In this document: in pieces, positions 12,701 to 27,098 of the stretch | How positions within the stretch are numbered: position 1 is the first letter of the stretch | Layout of the letters: every line of letters begins with the position of its first letter | Assembly (NCBI RefSeq): GCF_036588685.1 | Contig: NC_086381.1 | Location: 67,022,001 to 67,086,000 of the forward strand | Reading direction: 5' to 3' | Source: Mytilus trossulus | Taxonomy: Eukaryota | DNA: 64,000 nucleotides | Made by a program: the position numbers and the translations under genes | The notes under the pieces: model-generated | Told to the model about the DNA's origin: nothing | Databases searched by the model: none | The model's input: the letters and a program-made list of their open reading frames with translations, nothing else

Positions 12701-13982
12701 AAGGTGGTATGGGAGTCTAAAATAAAAATGATAGAATTTGTTCATACTTTGCCAAAACGTAGTATCTATTGATATATGTTGAAAAATATAATAAAAATGA
12801 TAGGTCACCGTGCGTTTTCTCAAGCTACAGGATGTGACAAAATGACACATTTTGTATGGATTATACAGGGAAAAACACCATTTTGTTATTAGAAACTAAA
12901 CAAAATGATAGAATTGTTCAATACTAAAGGAAAAGATAGCTTTCAGACAATGCTTTGAGAATATCAAAAGAAAAGATAGGGTCACCGTACGTTTTTTCCG
13001 GCTAAAATACAAAATAGGAAAATTCCATGCAGAATCCTTTAGAAAATGCACTGTTTAGAGTTCATTCCCCTTGAAATGCCAATTTAAAAAAAAAACAAAA
13101 AAAAAACAAAATAATGAACATTTGCAAAGATATTTAATAATTATAAGTTATATTCTTATAAGGGCTGTTCCAGAAAATACTATGTCCCCCCCAGGGACGG
13201 CACTTTTTTTTAACCCCCACCACCCACAGAAATAAAATTTAATTAGAACAGCACTCCCTTTGCATTTTGGTATTTCAAATACAACCACCCACATAATATT
13301 TAAAAAAATTGCCTTCCCTGGGGGGGGACATAGTATTTTCTGGAACAGCCCTAAATTGGTTCTTTTAAATGAACATTCACATTTAAAATCTTCATTCCCG
13401 CATCAAATTTTGCTAACTTGATAGAAAATCTGGACCTTTGGTTCTCTGTTTTTTACAATCCAAGATGGAGGAAGACACCCATACCACCTTAAAGACCAAT
13501 GTTTAATTATTTATCACTATTTTAGGCAATTTCATACTAGCAAGTTATATTATAAATGTTGGTTTTTTTTCATATACATTCAATCATAAAAGATTGCTGT
13601 CATATTATTTACTCTATTAATATTTTTTAAATTATGTAATTTTCCAGAAAATATGAAAGAGCATGTGATAAATAGTAGAAAAGCAGAATTATGGGATACA
13701 ATGGACGAAGAAACAAAAATTACGTATGGACAGAAATATTTTGACAGTATATACGATAGCATCATTGAAGGTTCTAATCGTTATCCAGATGATCTGACCT
13801 GTGTAATAAGAGCCATGAGAAGTGGACTGTTGTCCAAGCGGCCAAGAAATCGTTACCCCTGTGGAACAGGAGCCGATTTCATCATGATGCTTTATCCATT
13901 ACTGCCAGTGTGGGTGGCAGATAAATTAATTTCACTTATTAGTATAATGCCAAAAGATGTTAGACCTGCTGGTCTGGATTAA
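6780..13982 (+). CDS. Short-chain dehydrogenase/reductase, SDR9C-type (BDH1/HSD11B2/HSD17B2/RDH-like), 390 aa; exons 6780-7083, 8084-8210, 9088-9173, 10851-11033, 11921-12058, 13648-13982
   Basis: All introns are GT-AG and phase-consistent (1173 nt CDS). Motifs: [37 protein letters not shown], catalytic [15 protein letters not shown]. Hydrophobic N-terminus. Confidence 0.93.
9488..10146 (+). mobile_element. Non-autonomous Helentron/HINE-like element with ~193-bp internal tandem repeats
   Basis: Repeat units start at 9568 and 9761, with a partial third. GCGAGACA motifs near both ends and a terminal hairpin gggttccgcaaaaccc. Related copy at ~26015-26410. Confidence 0.6.
10547..10590 (-). ncRNA. 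Type I hammerhead ribozyme motif (retrozyme/Penelope-derived repeat)
   Basis: Minus strand reads GCATCA-CTGAAGA-GAC ttgtatt GTC-GAAA-TGCTCA-TC-TGGTGC; core intact, stems I and II pair. Confidence 0.65.
12703..13488. mobile_element. Kolobok-like non-autonomous DNA transposon
   Basis: TIR GGTGGTATGGG...CCCATACCACC with TTAA on both sides. Confidence 0.7.
13162..13351. mobile_element. PIF/Harbinger-type MITE nested in the Kolobok-like element
   Basis: Near-perfect TIR GGGCTGTTCCAGAAAATACTATGTCCCCCCC; TAA target duplication at 13159-13161 and 13352-13354. Confidence 0.8.
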
Positions 13983-16900
13983 ATTATGTTAAATTTTAAT
14001 ATTATTGTTATAATTCTGATACTAAAGCTGGAATAGATTTTGTTATTTCTAATAGTCCATTTTGGGCCCTTTTTTTAGCCTTTCTGGTCCCCTAAAATTT
14101 AAATTCAAATTTTGTTAAAGATTCAAAAGATTAAGTTATTTTCTAAATTTGTCAAGGTTTGATTCCTGTGATGATGAAAGAAAAAGATATGATATGTTTA
14201 TTTCATAAGGGGGAAAAGGGGACCATCTAAAAAAAATCTATATCCACCAAGGACCATACTTTGACAAAAAATGGCTATATTTTACCTTTATACATAACTT
14301 TTTAAGTGGAGGGATACCCAACTAAGTAAACATTGTCTGAATCTGTGCATGCCCACCATGGACAGGGAATTTTAAAATCCACCTAACCTATAGTGTAAGT
14401 ACAATGTATGTGTGTCATAAAGTGTAAAACTGTTATATTTTAGTGAAAAATTGTTGTTGAAGAATTTTGGAAAATAAAGTGAAATTTTATTTCTAAAACT
14501 GAATATTTTTCAGTTGATTGTTTTAATTAACTATTTAGCTGCAGACAACACCATTTAATCCCATAACTGTCAATGTATTGTAAAAAAAGCTTTTGAAAAA
14601 AACAAAATATCTTTGTAAAGCATGAATTTAGAATTTGATTGTGTCTGATTGGTTGACTGAAATCTGACAGGAGTACATTAAAATACCAATCAAAATCCAA
14701 TCTAAACCATATCATAAATCATAGTAAAAATTCCAAAAAAAACAGGTATTGAGAACAAAAATATCATGATGTTTTAAAATATTAAAAAACTGCTGTTGAT
14801 CATTCGTCCATTATTAATTAATTTGAAATTAAATGTTTATTGATCATCAATGTAAAGTACCTAATCTAAATTTTAACAAATAATCATGAACTTATATAGG
14901 GTGGAATGTTATTTATTTGATATTCAGCAGTCGATCTGCATAACATGTGTTCATTAGATAGAAAAAAATAATATTCAAAATTCTTAAAAACTTGTTAATA
15001 CATGTATCAAATACTGTACTATATCATGTATTTGATTTTGAAATTCATAGAGATAATGAATGCTTTTTATGAGGTGCATAAATTGAATGATTTAGGAAGC
15101 TCAAGACATAATCATAATATTTTTGTTAATCTTTTTATTCAGAATCTGACAGCACTGCTTAATCATCATAATTATTTTCATATACATTTGTATAACTTAA
15201 AAAGTATATTCAATAATTCTAGATGAAAGTTAAAAAATGATAATTCAACAAGCTGAAAGTTAAAACATTTTATTATGACTTGTTATTTGTTTTTTTCCTT
15301 AAAGATTAGCAGAAATTTAACATTGAAACTTGGTTGTATGATATATCGTCAGTAACATTTTTTTCTCCTATTTTTTCTCCTCCTAAATAGCAGTTTTCTA
15401 TGGTTCCCGTTTGTATTATTTTCATATTTTTCCACATTTATTTGGCTTTATATACTTCATTTAATTGGATATCTAATTTGACTATTTGAGTATCACTGTA
15501 ATTCTATCAAGTGAACCAACACGTGAAGTGGTTATTGTGTGGTAGGGTAAAAACGAGTGGATACCGCTGGGTGTTCACAGTTGTCTTGAAATAAAATATT
15601 GTGACACATATTTGAGTATCATTTTAATCATAATATTGACTGAAATATACCACTTATTAGCTTATATCGTCTTTAAAAGATGTTGACAATGCAAGGGATA
15701 AGATTTTAATTATCATTGTGCAATTTTGCCAGAAGTGTTCAACTTTTCCAAACAATTGAATTTCACATTGCAAGGGATATTTTAGGTGAGCTAGACTCTA
15801 ATATTTTATCAGTACATACATGTATACGTGAATTTTTAAAATCAAATAACTATCCAATACACATTTATGAAGGATAATGTACAATTTTTGACTTATTCAG
15901 CATTGCAATTTCACCCAAAAATATATTTGTATAATATTAATTTACCAGTGATATTCACATTTTCATGCAGGGGGAATTGGGAGGTATTCATAACTTGTAT
16001 TTAAGAAGATAGTATTTTAAAACAAGTAACATTATACATATAACTTCTTTTTTTACATTAAACCAATATATACTAAACATGTTAAAAAGAGTGAAAAAAA
16101 ATAAACCTTCAAAAATATAGTTTGAAAAAGATGATAACCATTCAGATTGAATGTTTATTTTTACTGTTTTCCATAGATTTTCAGCAAACTATATGCTATT
16201 GTGATCTGTATGTGAATGAAAATTTAAGTGCTTATATTATTCCAAGTTTGATAATTTGTTCAGAAAAATAGATTAAAACTTCAGTCTTTCATTATTTTTA
16301 GACAGATAAATTTTCAGCATCCTAATATTGGTTTTCATTTTCATTCAACTATTTAGTTATAATTGTGTAAATTTTCAGATGTATTATAATTTAAAGGATA
16401 AGTAATTTATATCCAATGTGTATGTGATAGATACATTTTATGAACAAAGAATTTTGAAAGAAAATTAACTTAGGTTTTTAAGAAGGTTTTGCTGTAAGGT
16501 GACCTAGAAATTGTTTGGTGTTCTCGAGATGTCTTTTATCAATTTGTTCTGTTGGTTTATTTTCTTGTCTATGCTGTGGCATCTTTTTTATGCCCTGTCT
16601 AATATATTAGCAAAAGATAATTAGCCCTGGTCTATGCTAAATAAAATTGAGAATGGAAATGGGGAATGTATCAAAGAGATAACAACCCCACCATAGAAAA
16701 AAAACAACAGCAGAAGGTCACCAACAGGTTTTTCAATGTAACGAGAAATTCTCGCAATCGGAGGCGTCCTTCAGCTGGCCTCAAAACAAATATATACTAG
16801 TTCAGTGATAATGAACGCCATACTAAATTCCAAATTGTACACAAGAAACTAAATTTAAAATAATGTTCATAAGTTTGTTTGATTGCCTGTTGCAGTTTAA

Positions 16901-19900
16901 ATTTTGTTAGACTAATGTTTTAGTCACATCAACTTTAAACATAGGAAACAAGTAAATCTTGTGATGTTGACCGATTAAAAATTGTTGAATTACAATTCTG
17001 ACCTATATCTTCTGGTTCACCAAACATGGACATGTGACAATGTGAGCAGGGCATGTTGTACTATGGACAAATATTTTTGGACGGCTCTTATCTTACACTA
17101 TAAAAGTATTCAAAAACTATTATTTTGTTACCTGGCTTGTTAATGTGTATGTATGTGTAAAAAGTGCTGCTTTAAAAAGGCCAAAATGTGATAATTTGTT
17201 GCATGAGATTACATTTGTTTTAAATCTTGCTCTCCACTAGAATTTGAATGAGATTTTTTTTATCTTTCAGATTTTGTTAAATGTATGAAATATTGTTGAT
17301 GTTTTTGCAAGAGCTTTTCAGTACTAATTTATATGTGGGAAAGTGATTATGCTTTTATATTTATGACTAAAGTATACTTATTTTGTTGTTTAAAAGTTGA
17401 GAAAGGTGCTTCATTAGACGTTAAGAATCTTTAGTTACTTTTGACACCATGATTTTACAATAAAAATAAGGCATATCATTTGACAAACTTTTTTAAAGAC
17501 CAACTTACAATGCAATTTTATGTTATTCAATGCAAACTTATCTTTTTTGTGTCATATTCGTTAATAGTTGAACTAATGTTGATTATATTGTGTTTTTTAT
17601 TTGTTTTTGAGGGTCTGATTGGGCGTTCATTGCTTTATTCTTTTGTATAATTTTTCTCTGATCTTTATCTTTTTCTTTCATAATTCTGTTTTCTTAACAC
17701 TCCAATATTCTCTATTATTACATTGGTTGCAAAGAATTACTTTGATTTCCCAGTGAAATAAAAACTGATAATTTCACATGTGAAATAAACATAGTTACTT
17801 CACTCCTCTCACATCATACACAAATAGGCATTGTCAATAACGTCAGATCAAAACAAATTGTGAATGCCTAGAAAAAAATTAGTTCCTTACATTTCTACTT
17901 TAATTTCATACAATAATCATTCACCAATGTTATAAAAAAAATAACTAATAAAAGATCTTAAATATCAAAAAATATTCAACTCATGACCACATATTACTGA
18001 TAATTAACTCATGCACTATGCGCATTCGTGAATTAATATATTGCTTGGTCAGTTGTGAATATTTTTCGATATTTGAATTCCTCAATTAGTTACTCTTTGA
18101 TTATTTAAGGTTTTGGATTCTTATTCTGCCCCTTTTAACAATTATTTTGTATTTCAGGAAACCCCAACCAGACCCTTTTTTTTATCTATGTACTAATTCA
18201 GATAGTGAGGGTGTATATATATTTATGTTTATATTTGTTATTTGTTATGCATAGATCAATTTCTAACTCTCAAAGTCACCTTAGTCAATGGCTGTATAGC
18301 TGTCTACTCAGTGAGAGGAGACAGCAGATAGACTTTACATTAAATGATTTGTGAAATGAAATTGTACTGGTATAAGTCCATAAATGTACTTTCAGAATTA
18401 TATTAAGGTTCCATTGTTGAGAATATCAATGAATTTACTATAAAAGCTTATTTGTTTGCTAATTTTCAGTGCAAAAATTGTAAAACATTATAAAATTGTT
18501 GTTAAACTAAACTGACAAATGTAAACTTGACCCTATACAATTTTGGTCACTCTAGCATGTCTAGTAAGGTCGTTGTGATTTGAATGTTCTCAAATGATGA
18601 TACTGTGGATATCTATGTTATTTTGTGTTTATCAGATTTTCTTGGATTGAAGAAAACAATATTTTTTGTGGGTTTGCCTAAGAAATATTAAAGGCTATAG
18701 AAAATTTGTACTTGTTTGAACATTTAAATGTGGTTTATCTTTTTTCCCACATAATCAAATATGAATAGAAGTGAATCCACAGAGTAAATACCTTTTAGTC
18801 ACAAGTGTAAATGACGAAATTTTTGTTAGAAACATGAGGTGCATGTGCACAGAAAATGTATTTTTTTCTCTATTTTTTTTTCGGTGGAAGAAGGGGATGT
18901 ATTTTCTATAATCAGTAATGAAATAGAATAGACACTGCATAATATTAAATGGATATGAATGTGAATTTGGTGTATTTAAATCGCAGGGCTTTGCAGTTAT
19001 CAAGCAATTGATGTAGAAAAAAGTGCTCCAACATCTAATATTTTGACTAACAAAAATAGTATTATATATAGATTGTCCTTGACCTCATTTCCTTGTTCCA
19101 ATGATCATGTTAAGTGCATTTTAAAAATTGATTTTATTTGGTTCAACTGTTTGTTTGTTGTTCATCAGGCATATGACTTTGAACTCATCTTCAAGGTTTC
19201 TTAAAGGTCATTTTTTTGCAGCCGAAATCAAAACCTTACCATTTCAGTATGTCATCCTACTAACTTGGTTATTTTTTTTATACAATTAAAAAGAGAATAT
19301 TTAGATTTTCTAACTTTCTTTTTACTTTAAATGTCTGGAGTGCATTCCATAATGAAGGTTCCATTGATTGTTCTTCAAATCTGCCACCCTAGTTATTGTC
19401 TTATTAATGGCAGACAAACAGTAATGTAACAATTGTAGTTGTTTAAGTTCCGCTAGTGTATTAAGGTAGTTTTTACCTCCAATAGTTTAAACATATTTAT
19501 TTAGAGTGGATTGGGAAACAAGTTTTGCAACTTATATTAATCCCTTTCCACTTTGCGGGTGAAACCTTTCTAGTGGTAATTTATTCCTTAGATTAATGAA
19601 GAATGGAGAACACACTTGCACCTATTATGTAATTTATCTAGTAATGAATATGTATTGTAATGGTGTTAATTTTTGTACTTTCTGAAAGTTAAAATCTTTC
19701 CATAAGGTTATGGTTCTGAAAAGAAAACACAAATTTATTTATCTATTTAATTAATGCACTCAGAGTTAGTAAAAAGTTATATGAAACATGTTAATCCCTC
19801 GAATTTCCAATTGACAATGCCTTAGGAGAAAAGTTATATGTATGTACTATGATACTTCTAAATGTCACTCATTTTTTTCAAAAAGAAAGTCTTAAAAATA

Positions 19901-20118
19901 ATTATGATTTGTTTAGCACTTGCAGCTGTGATATGCATGTATGTTAAATGCTTTATGCAGTGCTACTGTGCTTTATACTAACATAACATTATATATTATA
20001 TCTAAAATACAGATTGTGTTTATAGATTATAGAATATCTTTAACAATTAACATTGAAATGACAATTTTACAATTTATCCTGTAATTAAAGTGCTATCCAT
20101 ATAATTAGGAAGGTATAA

Positions 20119-21655
20119 TGTAAATTCAGAAATTTTTGCATGCATTTATTATTGCGGTTTTGTCCTTTTCGACGTAAATACAATTTAAATATTTGTGACA
20201 TTGTGAAACATCCTGTTTATTTGATATAAAAAAAAACTAAATGCAAGTTGAAATTATTGCAATTATAACCCTGTCTCATTTTTAGCTCACCTGGCCTAAA
20301 AGGCCATGTGAGCTTTTCTTATCACTTGGCGTCCGTCGTCGTCGTCTGTCGTCGTTAACAATTTTTCAAACATCTTCTCCTCTGAAACTACTGAATGGAT
20401 TTGGATGAAACTTAGCATGATTGTTCCTTAGAGTATCCTGCACGAAGTGTGTGCTTCGATTTTTGATCCGTCAAAAAACATGGCCGCCGTTACTTAAAAT
20501 AGAACATAGGGGTCAAATGCAGTTTTTGGCTTATATCTCAAAAACCAAAGCATTTAGAGCAAATCTGACAAGGGGTAAAAATGTTAATCAGCTCAAGATC
20601 TATCTGCCCTGAAATTTTCAGAAGAATCAAACAAACCATTGTTGGGTTGCTGTCACTTAATTGGTAATTTTAAGGAAATTTTGCATTTTTTGGTCATTAT
20701 CTTGAATATTATTGTAGATAAAGATAAACTGTAAACAGCAAAAATGGTCAGCAAAGTAAGATCTACAAATAAGTTAATATAACCAAAATTGTCAACTGAC
20801 CCCTTAAGGGGTTATTGTCCTTAAATGACAATTTTTCACAATTTGTTCATCATATTTGCTAAATTTAAAAAATCTTCTCTGAAACTACTTAATGGATTTG
20901 GATGAAACTTAGCATGATTGTTCCTTAGATTATCCTGCACAAAGTGTGTGCTTCGATTTTTGATCCATCAAAAAACATGGCCGCTGTTACTTAAAATAGA
21001 ACATAGGGGTCAAATGCAGTTTTTGGCTTATATCTCAAAAATGAAAGCATTTAGAGCAAATCTGAGATGGGATAAAAATGTTCATTAGGTCAATATCTAT
21101 CAGCCCTGAAATTTTCAGATGAATCAAACAACCCATTGGTTGCTGCCACTTAATTGGTAATTTTAAGGAAATTTTGCTGTTTTTGGTCATTATCTTGAAT
21201 ATTATTATAGATACAGATAAACTGTTAATAGCAAAAATGTTAAGCAAAGTAAGATTAAAATAAGTCAATTTGACCAAAATTGTCAATTGACCTCTTAAGG
21301 AGTTATTGCCCTTTAAAGACTTTTTTCACAATTTGTTCATCATGTTGACTTACTTAAAAAAATCTTCTCCCTTGAAACTGCTGTATCAATTTCAGCCAAA
21401 CTTAGGCTAAATGAGTTTCAGAGTATCTAGTATAAATTTTATATTTCATTTCCTTTATGTCAAGAAACATAGCTCCTATGGCTAAAATAGAACATAGGAG
21501 AAAATAGGACGATTCAAAGAACATTTAATTAAATTGAAAAGCCAAAATAATCATTGATGAGAGATTAAACCAAAAAAATTCAGGTGAGCGATTCAGGCTC
21601 TTGAGAGCCTCTTGTTTGCAATAATAACAACATTGCAATAATTTCTGAATTTACA
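20119..21655. mobile_element. Small MITE split by a Helentron-like insertion
   Basis: 22-bp TIRs tgtaaattcagaaatttttgca (20119-20140) / tgcaataatttctgaatttaca (21634-21655), one mismatch. Confidence 0.65.
20281..21615 (+). mobile_element. Non-autonomous Helentron/pearl-like element with ~0.5-kb internal tandem repeats
   Basis: 5' AGCTCACCTG...GTGAGCT, (GTC)n microsatellite, repeat units at ~20371, ~20871 and ~21361, 3' CAGGTGAGC plus hairpin AGGCTC-ttga-GAGCCT; inserted in a T-run. Confidence 0.8.
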
Positions 21656-22539
21656 GTATTGTATTTTTTCTCAGACAATGTCCAGGGGATATCTGTTTAA
21701 ACAATGAAATGGTATAAGGTTAAATAATATATTGGGAAATAAAGTTGAAGCTGAAATTAAACAATTCCTATTCTATATTGCATCATGTTTAAGTTGTTTA
21801 GTATCTGAACTGCTTGAACCTACTTTATTGTAATTTATAGATTAAAACAGTAATTAACTGACTTAAAAAAAGCTGCATCTCTTAACTCATTGTTCTTTTT
21901 TTATTATTGTCGTTTTTGTTATTTTTAAATCTTAATACCATGCTCATAAAAACGATTTAAAATGGAATCTGACCTACTTTTCTACTGTAAAAGAAAACAA
22001 TTTTATTTTCAATCATAGTGTTGTGGAATAAAGATAAACAAAGCATTACAATGTTGTTTGTGTTTACTGTTTTGATCGCTAGATGTCAGACTGTTTAACG
22101 ACAAGTATTTTAAAGCATATGTTCTTAAAAGTTACTAAACTTCTGACTATAGTACTATTTGTAATTCATTAGCAAAAAGTATGTGAACGCAGAAATAATT
22201 TTTAAAAAAAAGTTTACTAATACATTAGTTGTGATTGACACAATCATTTAAACAGGATTTACTCATCTTTTGAAGAGATCTACATGCACAAATTCCTTTA
22301 TAAATTTGCCAACTTCCAGACTGCTAGAATTTAGAAAGAGTTGTAATCTGAACGATTTTAATTTATTCATGTCTTGACTTTTTCATCACTTCTATCTAGT
22401 AAAGATCTCTTATCAATAGATATACAAAAGATGCGGTATGTGTGCCAATGATACAATTCTCTATCCAAGTTACAATTTGTAAAAGTTAACCGCTATAGCT
22501 CAAAGTACAGTCTTCAACAGAGAGCCTTGGCTCATACTG

Positions 22540-25500
22540 TTACTGTTACTGTAACTGGTATGTTCCTCCTATCTAAGGAGCACTCCCGAAGGATAATAAT
22601 ATTATTATATTTACATGTATATGAATATTTACAGGGACCTGTTAGTAGCACCATTACCCATATAAAAGCCATCACGCTGTACAATATATTCCTCAAGTTC
22701 TGATGTCCTGATTACTATAATACGACACAATCTTTATATATACAATGTCTTTTGATACTTGTTACTCTTTCAGAATATCCTTCCCTTTGAATTGTCATTT
22801 TGATATAAGGTATACTGCTCTTATGTAAAAAATTTATAATCCAATCAAGCCTTGGTCTGGTTCAATATAGTACGTTTTATATGAAGGCTGTAACATAATG
22901 TTCTTGTTATTGCTTCAATATCTTAACAGTTTGATTTCTTCAGATTGAATAGCTCTTTCAACTTTGTAGCTGATGGATTAAGAATGAATAGAACAAGCAA
23001 TCCTTGTGACTCTACTTTGTAAAATGTTCCAACTGGTGTGTTGTTCTTCAAGTAGGATTTAAGAACTGACAAATGCCTATCTCGCTCTGTCTTTAAGGCA
23101 GTACACGTTATCAGAAAGTGATTTTTATCTTCACGGGTTGTTTCACATAGCAGGCAGTTGTCACTTTCTCGACCTCTTGTGAATTTTTCTCTGTCAGATT
23201 GTTAAGTGTAGGTTCTTGTAATTAACCTTGCTTTAATTTCAGCCTTTTTCACTTCGATAGTTGTATTGGGTACTAGCTGCCAGATCTGATGAGGCTTTCC
23301 GATAGGAAGTGGATTTATTTCCAGATATTGATTAGTGGTTTTATTTTCTTTCACTACAAACCACTGTTTTTCCCAATGTATGTTTATTGCCTTTTTTACA
23401 GTCCTTTTCCAGATCTCTTTTGTTGGTTTATTGTTCATTATTTCTTGTGCCTTTGGTAAACTATATTTATCCAAAATTTCTTTTAATTTGTTTATAAAGT
23501 TGTTACTATTTGATGGTGACATGCATAATTGCCTTTCTATGATGATGCTAGTACGATCCTGAATAATGCCTCCGAAAAAAGTAAGGACAATACGATCGAC
23601 AGTGGCTTGTACTGGCTCTACCCCAAGCATAACATATGTGGCGGCGTTTGCTGTTCTGTTCGGCAGTCCCTGAATTTGTATACAGACCTGTTGTTGTAGT
23701 CTTTTAAGCTTCAGAATGTCAGTTTTTGTATAGTTCATTATCTCTATTCCATATAGAAATCTTGGGATTGCATATGTTTGCCATACTTTAAGTGCTACTA
23801 TAGGTGACATTCCTTTTCGTGTGTGGAGGCCTGGGCCTAACATTGCATAGACGGTTTTCCTTGCGGTTTTCAACCTATCCTCGATATTCAGCTTATTTTT
23901 GGAGTCTCTGACTAGTCCTAGATGTTTTGTTTCTGATTTTTGATCTATAATATCATTTCCAAGTTGAACAGAATTTTTTTTCACATTTTGTTGTTAATGG
24001 CACTAAATCAGACTTATTTGGATTTATTGTCACAAGGTCTTTCTTTGTGCTATCATGCACAATATCTAAAATTGCTTGAATCTCATGTTCATGACTAGCT
24101 AGCAGCGCTATGTTGTCTGCGCTTGTTGGTGCACGACGCTTATGTTGCCTATTTTTGCCCCTATATCAGCTCGATTTAAAGCATCTAAGATATTGTTGTT
24201 GTACCTTTTGTAAAGTATCGTGGAAAGCTTTGCTCCTTGCCTTACCGCTTGTCTCTGAATAAATTGATCTGACAGAGTATTATCCCATTTTACTTTAACT
24301 GCAACATTTTTGTACATATTTCTAAGCAAAATCCATATGTTGCCAGTTATGCAATCATGGTACAGTTTATTGAAGAGTATCTCATGGTCTAATTTGTCAA
24401 ATGCTTTCTTGGCATCTAATGTCAGGAGAAAAACCTGTGCAAGTATCTCTTTGTAGAAGTCAGTACATTTGGTTACAATGAAGGCTGCATTAACCGAAGA
24501 TGATTTTTCAGTAAATCCACGCTGCAGTTTACTTTGTTGTTGTAGACGCTTAGGTTCTATTCTGTCTTTAAGTATACTTTAAATCAATGTAGAGAAGCAG
24601 TAAGTCACTGTTATGCCTCTGTATTTTTCAGGATATATCTTATCTTTTCCACTCTTCTGTACAGGAGTAACCACGCCTTCTTTCACATTTGAATGTATAC
24701 ATCCTTTTCTGCGAATATAAGGTTAATAATGTTAATGATATATTGCAGTAGTTCAGTTGGCATATTCTTGAGGTGTTCGGCTGATATTCCATCTGCACCT
24801 GGACTCTTTCCAGTTTTAAGCTTTTGAATGGATAAATTACTTCCTTCGTTTGCTTGTTTTATCTCTTCGTTCCTATTGATTTCTATTTGTTCAATTAGAT
24901 CATTTTGCATAGTGGCAAGAATAAGCCTCTCGTTGTTATATTTTGAATCGTCGTCAATTTTGTGGCTTCTGTACAGGTCTTCAAAGTAGTTTTTCCAACC
25001 TGTAGGTATATCTTCAGGTTCTGCCTGTTTTTTTGCGTTAAATATCATAACAGCTGTGTTCATTTTTTTGACATCCCTTTGATTTTGTATCAGCTGATGG
25101 AATAGCGTGTTGTCGCTTTGAGAAGCCATCATAATTTGCTCTATGAAGGTGTTTTTTTCTTAGATGCATTAGCCCTTCGTTGCGCACTTCTTAATAGCCG
25201 TTTAGCTTTTACCATTTCCTGCTTTTTTCCCGTGTTTTGACTATCAAATTTCCTTTCATAAAATACTATTTTGGAGTGTTTTGAAGCCTGACTAATCTCT
25301 TCATTCCAAATACCATTTCCGATCGCTCTTGAAGTTACTTGTTTCCTGTAATTTGGTATGGAATCTTTTCCTGCCATATGCAATATATTTGTTAATTTTT
25401 CTATTTCTTCGGCTGCTGAACTAAGATTGTGAATGTTAATTTCATCAAGGCTTTTCAGAATGGAGGCCTGATAACTGTCCTTGTCGCACCTTTTCCAGTT

Positions 25501-25829
25501 TGGCCTTTTAAGCACTTTTGCTGTTTTTCTCTTTGTTCTTATAACTTCTGTTTGCATAACTGCATATACGATTGTATGATCGGAGACATTAAGTGGTTCC
25601 ATATCTAAAATTTCCATTTTATAATCTAGTGTTCCAAAGTTGCTCTTGTGCAGAAAATAATCTATCTGCGAGTTGTATAGACCATTATGATGGTAGAAAG
25701 TGTTTTTTTTTGGAAAATTTTCTACTAATTGTATTTGGTTCTCATCTTTAAATTTTTTGAAAGTTATATCTCTTGCTCCGTTATTCCTAACAAGAGAAGC
25801 ATTCATGTCTCCACAAATTAAGATATAAA
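22540..25829 (-). mobile_element. 5'-truncated, inactivated non-LTR retrotransposon (APE endonuclease + RT + C-terminal CCHC-like motif; clade uncertain, possibly RTE-X)
   Basis: Endonuclease motifs ICGDMNA, IDYFL, SDH. RT motifs KSPGADGI, VRQGAKLS, and SADN (dead ADD). CLLC...HFLITC near 23100-23157. Many frameshifts and stops, an (ACAGTA)n tail, and TSD CATACTG at 22533-22539 and 25830-25836. Confidence 0.9.
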
Positions 25830-27098
25830 CATACTGAACAGTAAGCTATAAACATGATAAAGGGTCCCAAATATTACCAGTGCAAAAATATACAAATAGG
25901 GAAAATCAATGGTCTAATCTACATAAAAAATAAGAAAATGTGTTTCAGCCTTTGGATCTGATCCATTTGACTATGATGGACTTTTTGTCTTTATTTTTTG
26001 TTATTCTGCTTTTTGTCGAGTTGCAAAAGCGAGACATAGTAATCCTACATCTGGTCGTTGTCGTTAGTCAGCGGCCGTGTCCGCAAATATTCACTATGTG
26101 GTTAAAGATTTTGAAATTTTAATAACTTTCTTAAATCATCCTAAATTTCTACCAAACTTGGACAGAAGCTAGTTTATGATCAAAGGATAATATCCAGAAG
26201 TAAATTCCTCCAGTAAACATTACATACCGTCTACTGTTTGAGTTTTTAAAACATTTATTAGATTCATAAACTGTACTTTAATTTTACCACACTAGGACGG
26301 AAGCTTCTTACAATCAAAAGATAGTATCTAGAAGGATAAAAATATATTTTTTTCGCGATTTTTGTTGAGCCTGCGACTAACAGTAGAAGTCGTCGAGAAA
26401 AACCTTTACACATTCAATTCTTAAAACAAATTTGAAGTGATTTACTCTCAATATTTGAATGTAAGATCCCGAAGCTCACATGTTGAAAAACAAATAATGC
26501 CAATTTCCCATACAGAGGTTCGTAGGTCAAATTTTAAAAGTGTAATAGCCACCAGAAATTCGGGTATTTAGAGTCTACACATTTTTCAGAATGTATCGTA
26601 GGTTTTAACTGCAATAAAAAAAAAAATTAAAATCAGTTACCGCACAGCCTTCTAGCTTTGCATGTTGGAGGTTATGGGCGCAATCATTACCTAGGTTAAA
26701 CTTAAGACTGAACATGTGTGATAGCCGTTTCTCCGGAAACAAAAACGCACCATGAAAGATGCTGGTCGGTTGGAAGTCAGAATTGTGTGTCCGGATAGGA
26801 TGACGTCTTCTTGTGGTCTGTTACCTTGTTAACTTTCATTTTACAAAACATGCCATTCGTTATCATCATCCATTATTGAAATATCACAAATAGACACGAT
26901 AATCTTGATGTCAATACAAACGATTGTTGATATGGAACAGTTCATGTGAAAATGGTGAAAATTAACTTAATACTACAACATAACTGACAAGGAGCCGACA
27001 TAGAGATTTTAAAGTCAACACTGAAAAGATTCACAACTGCAATCAAACGTGTTTTACATTCTCTGATTTGCATCAACTTTTAAAAAAATAATATTTGA

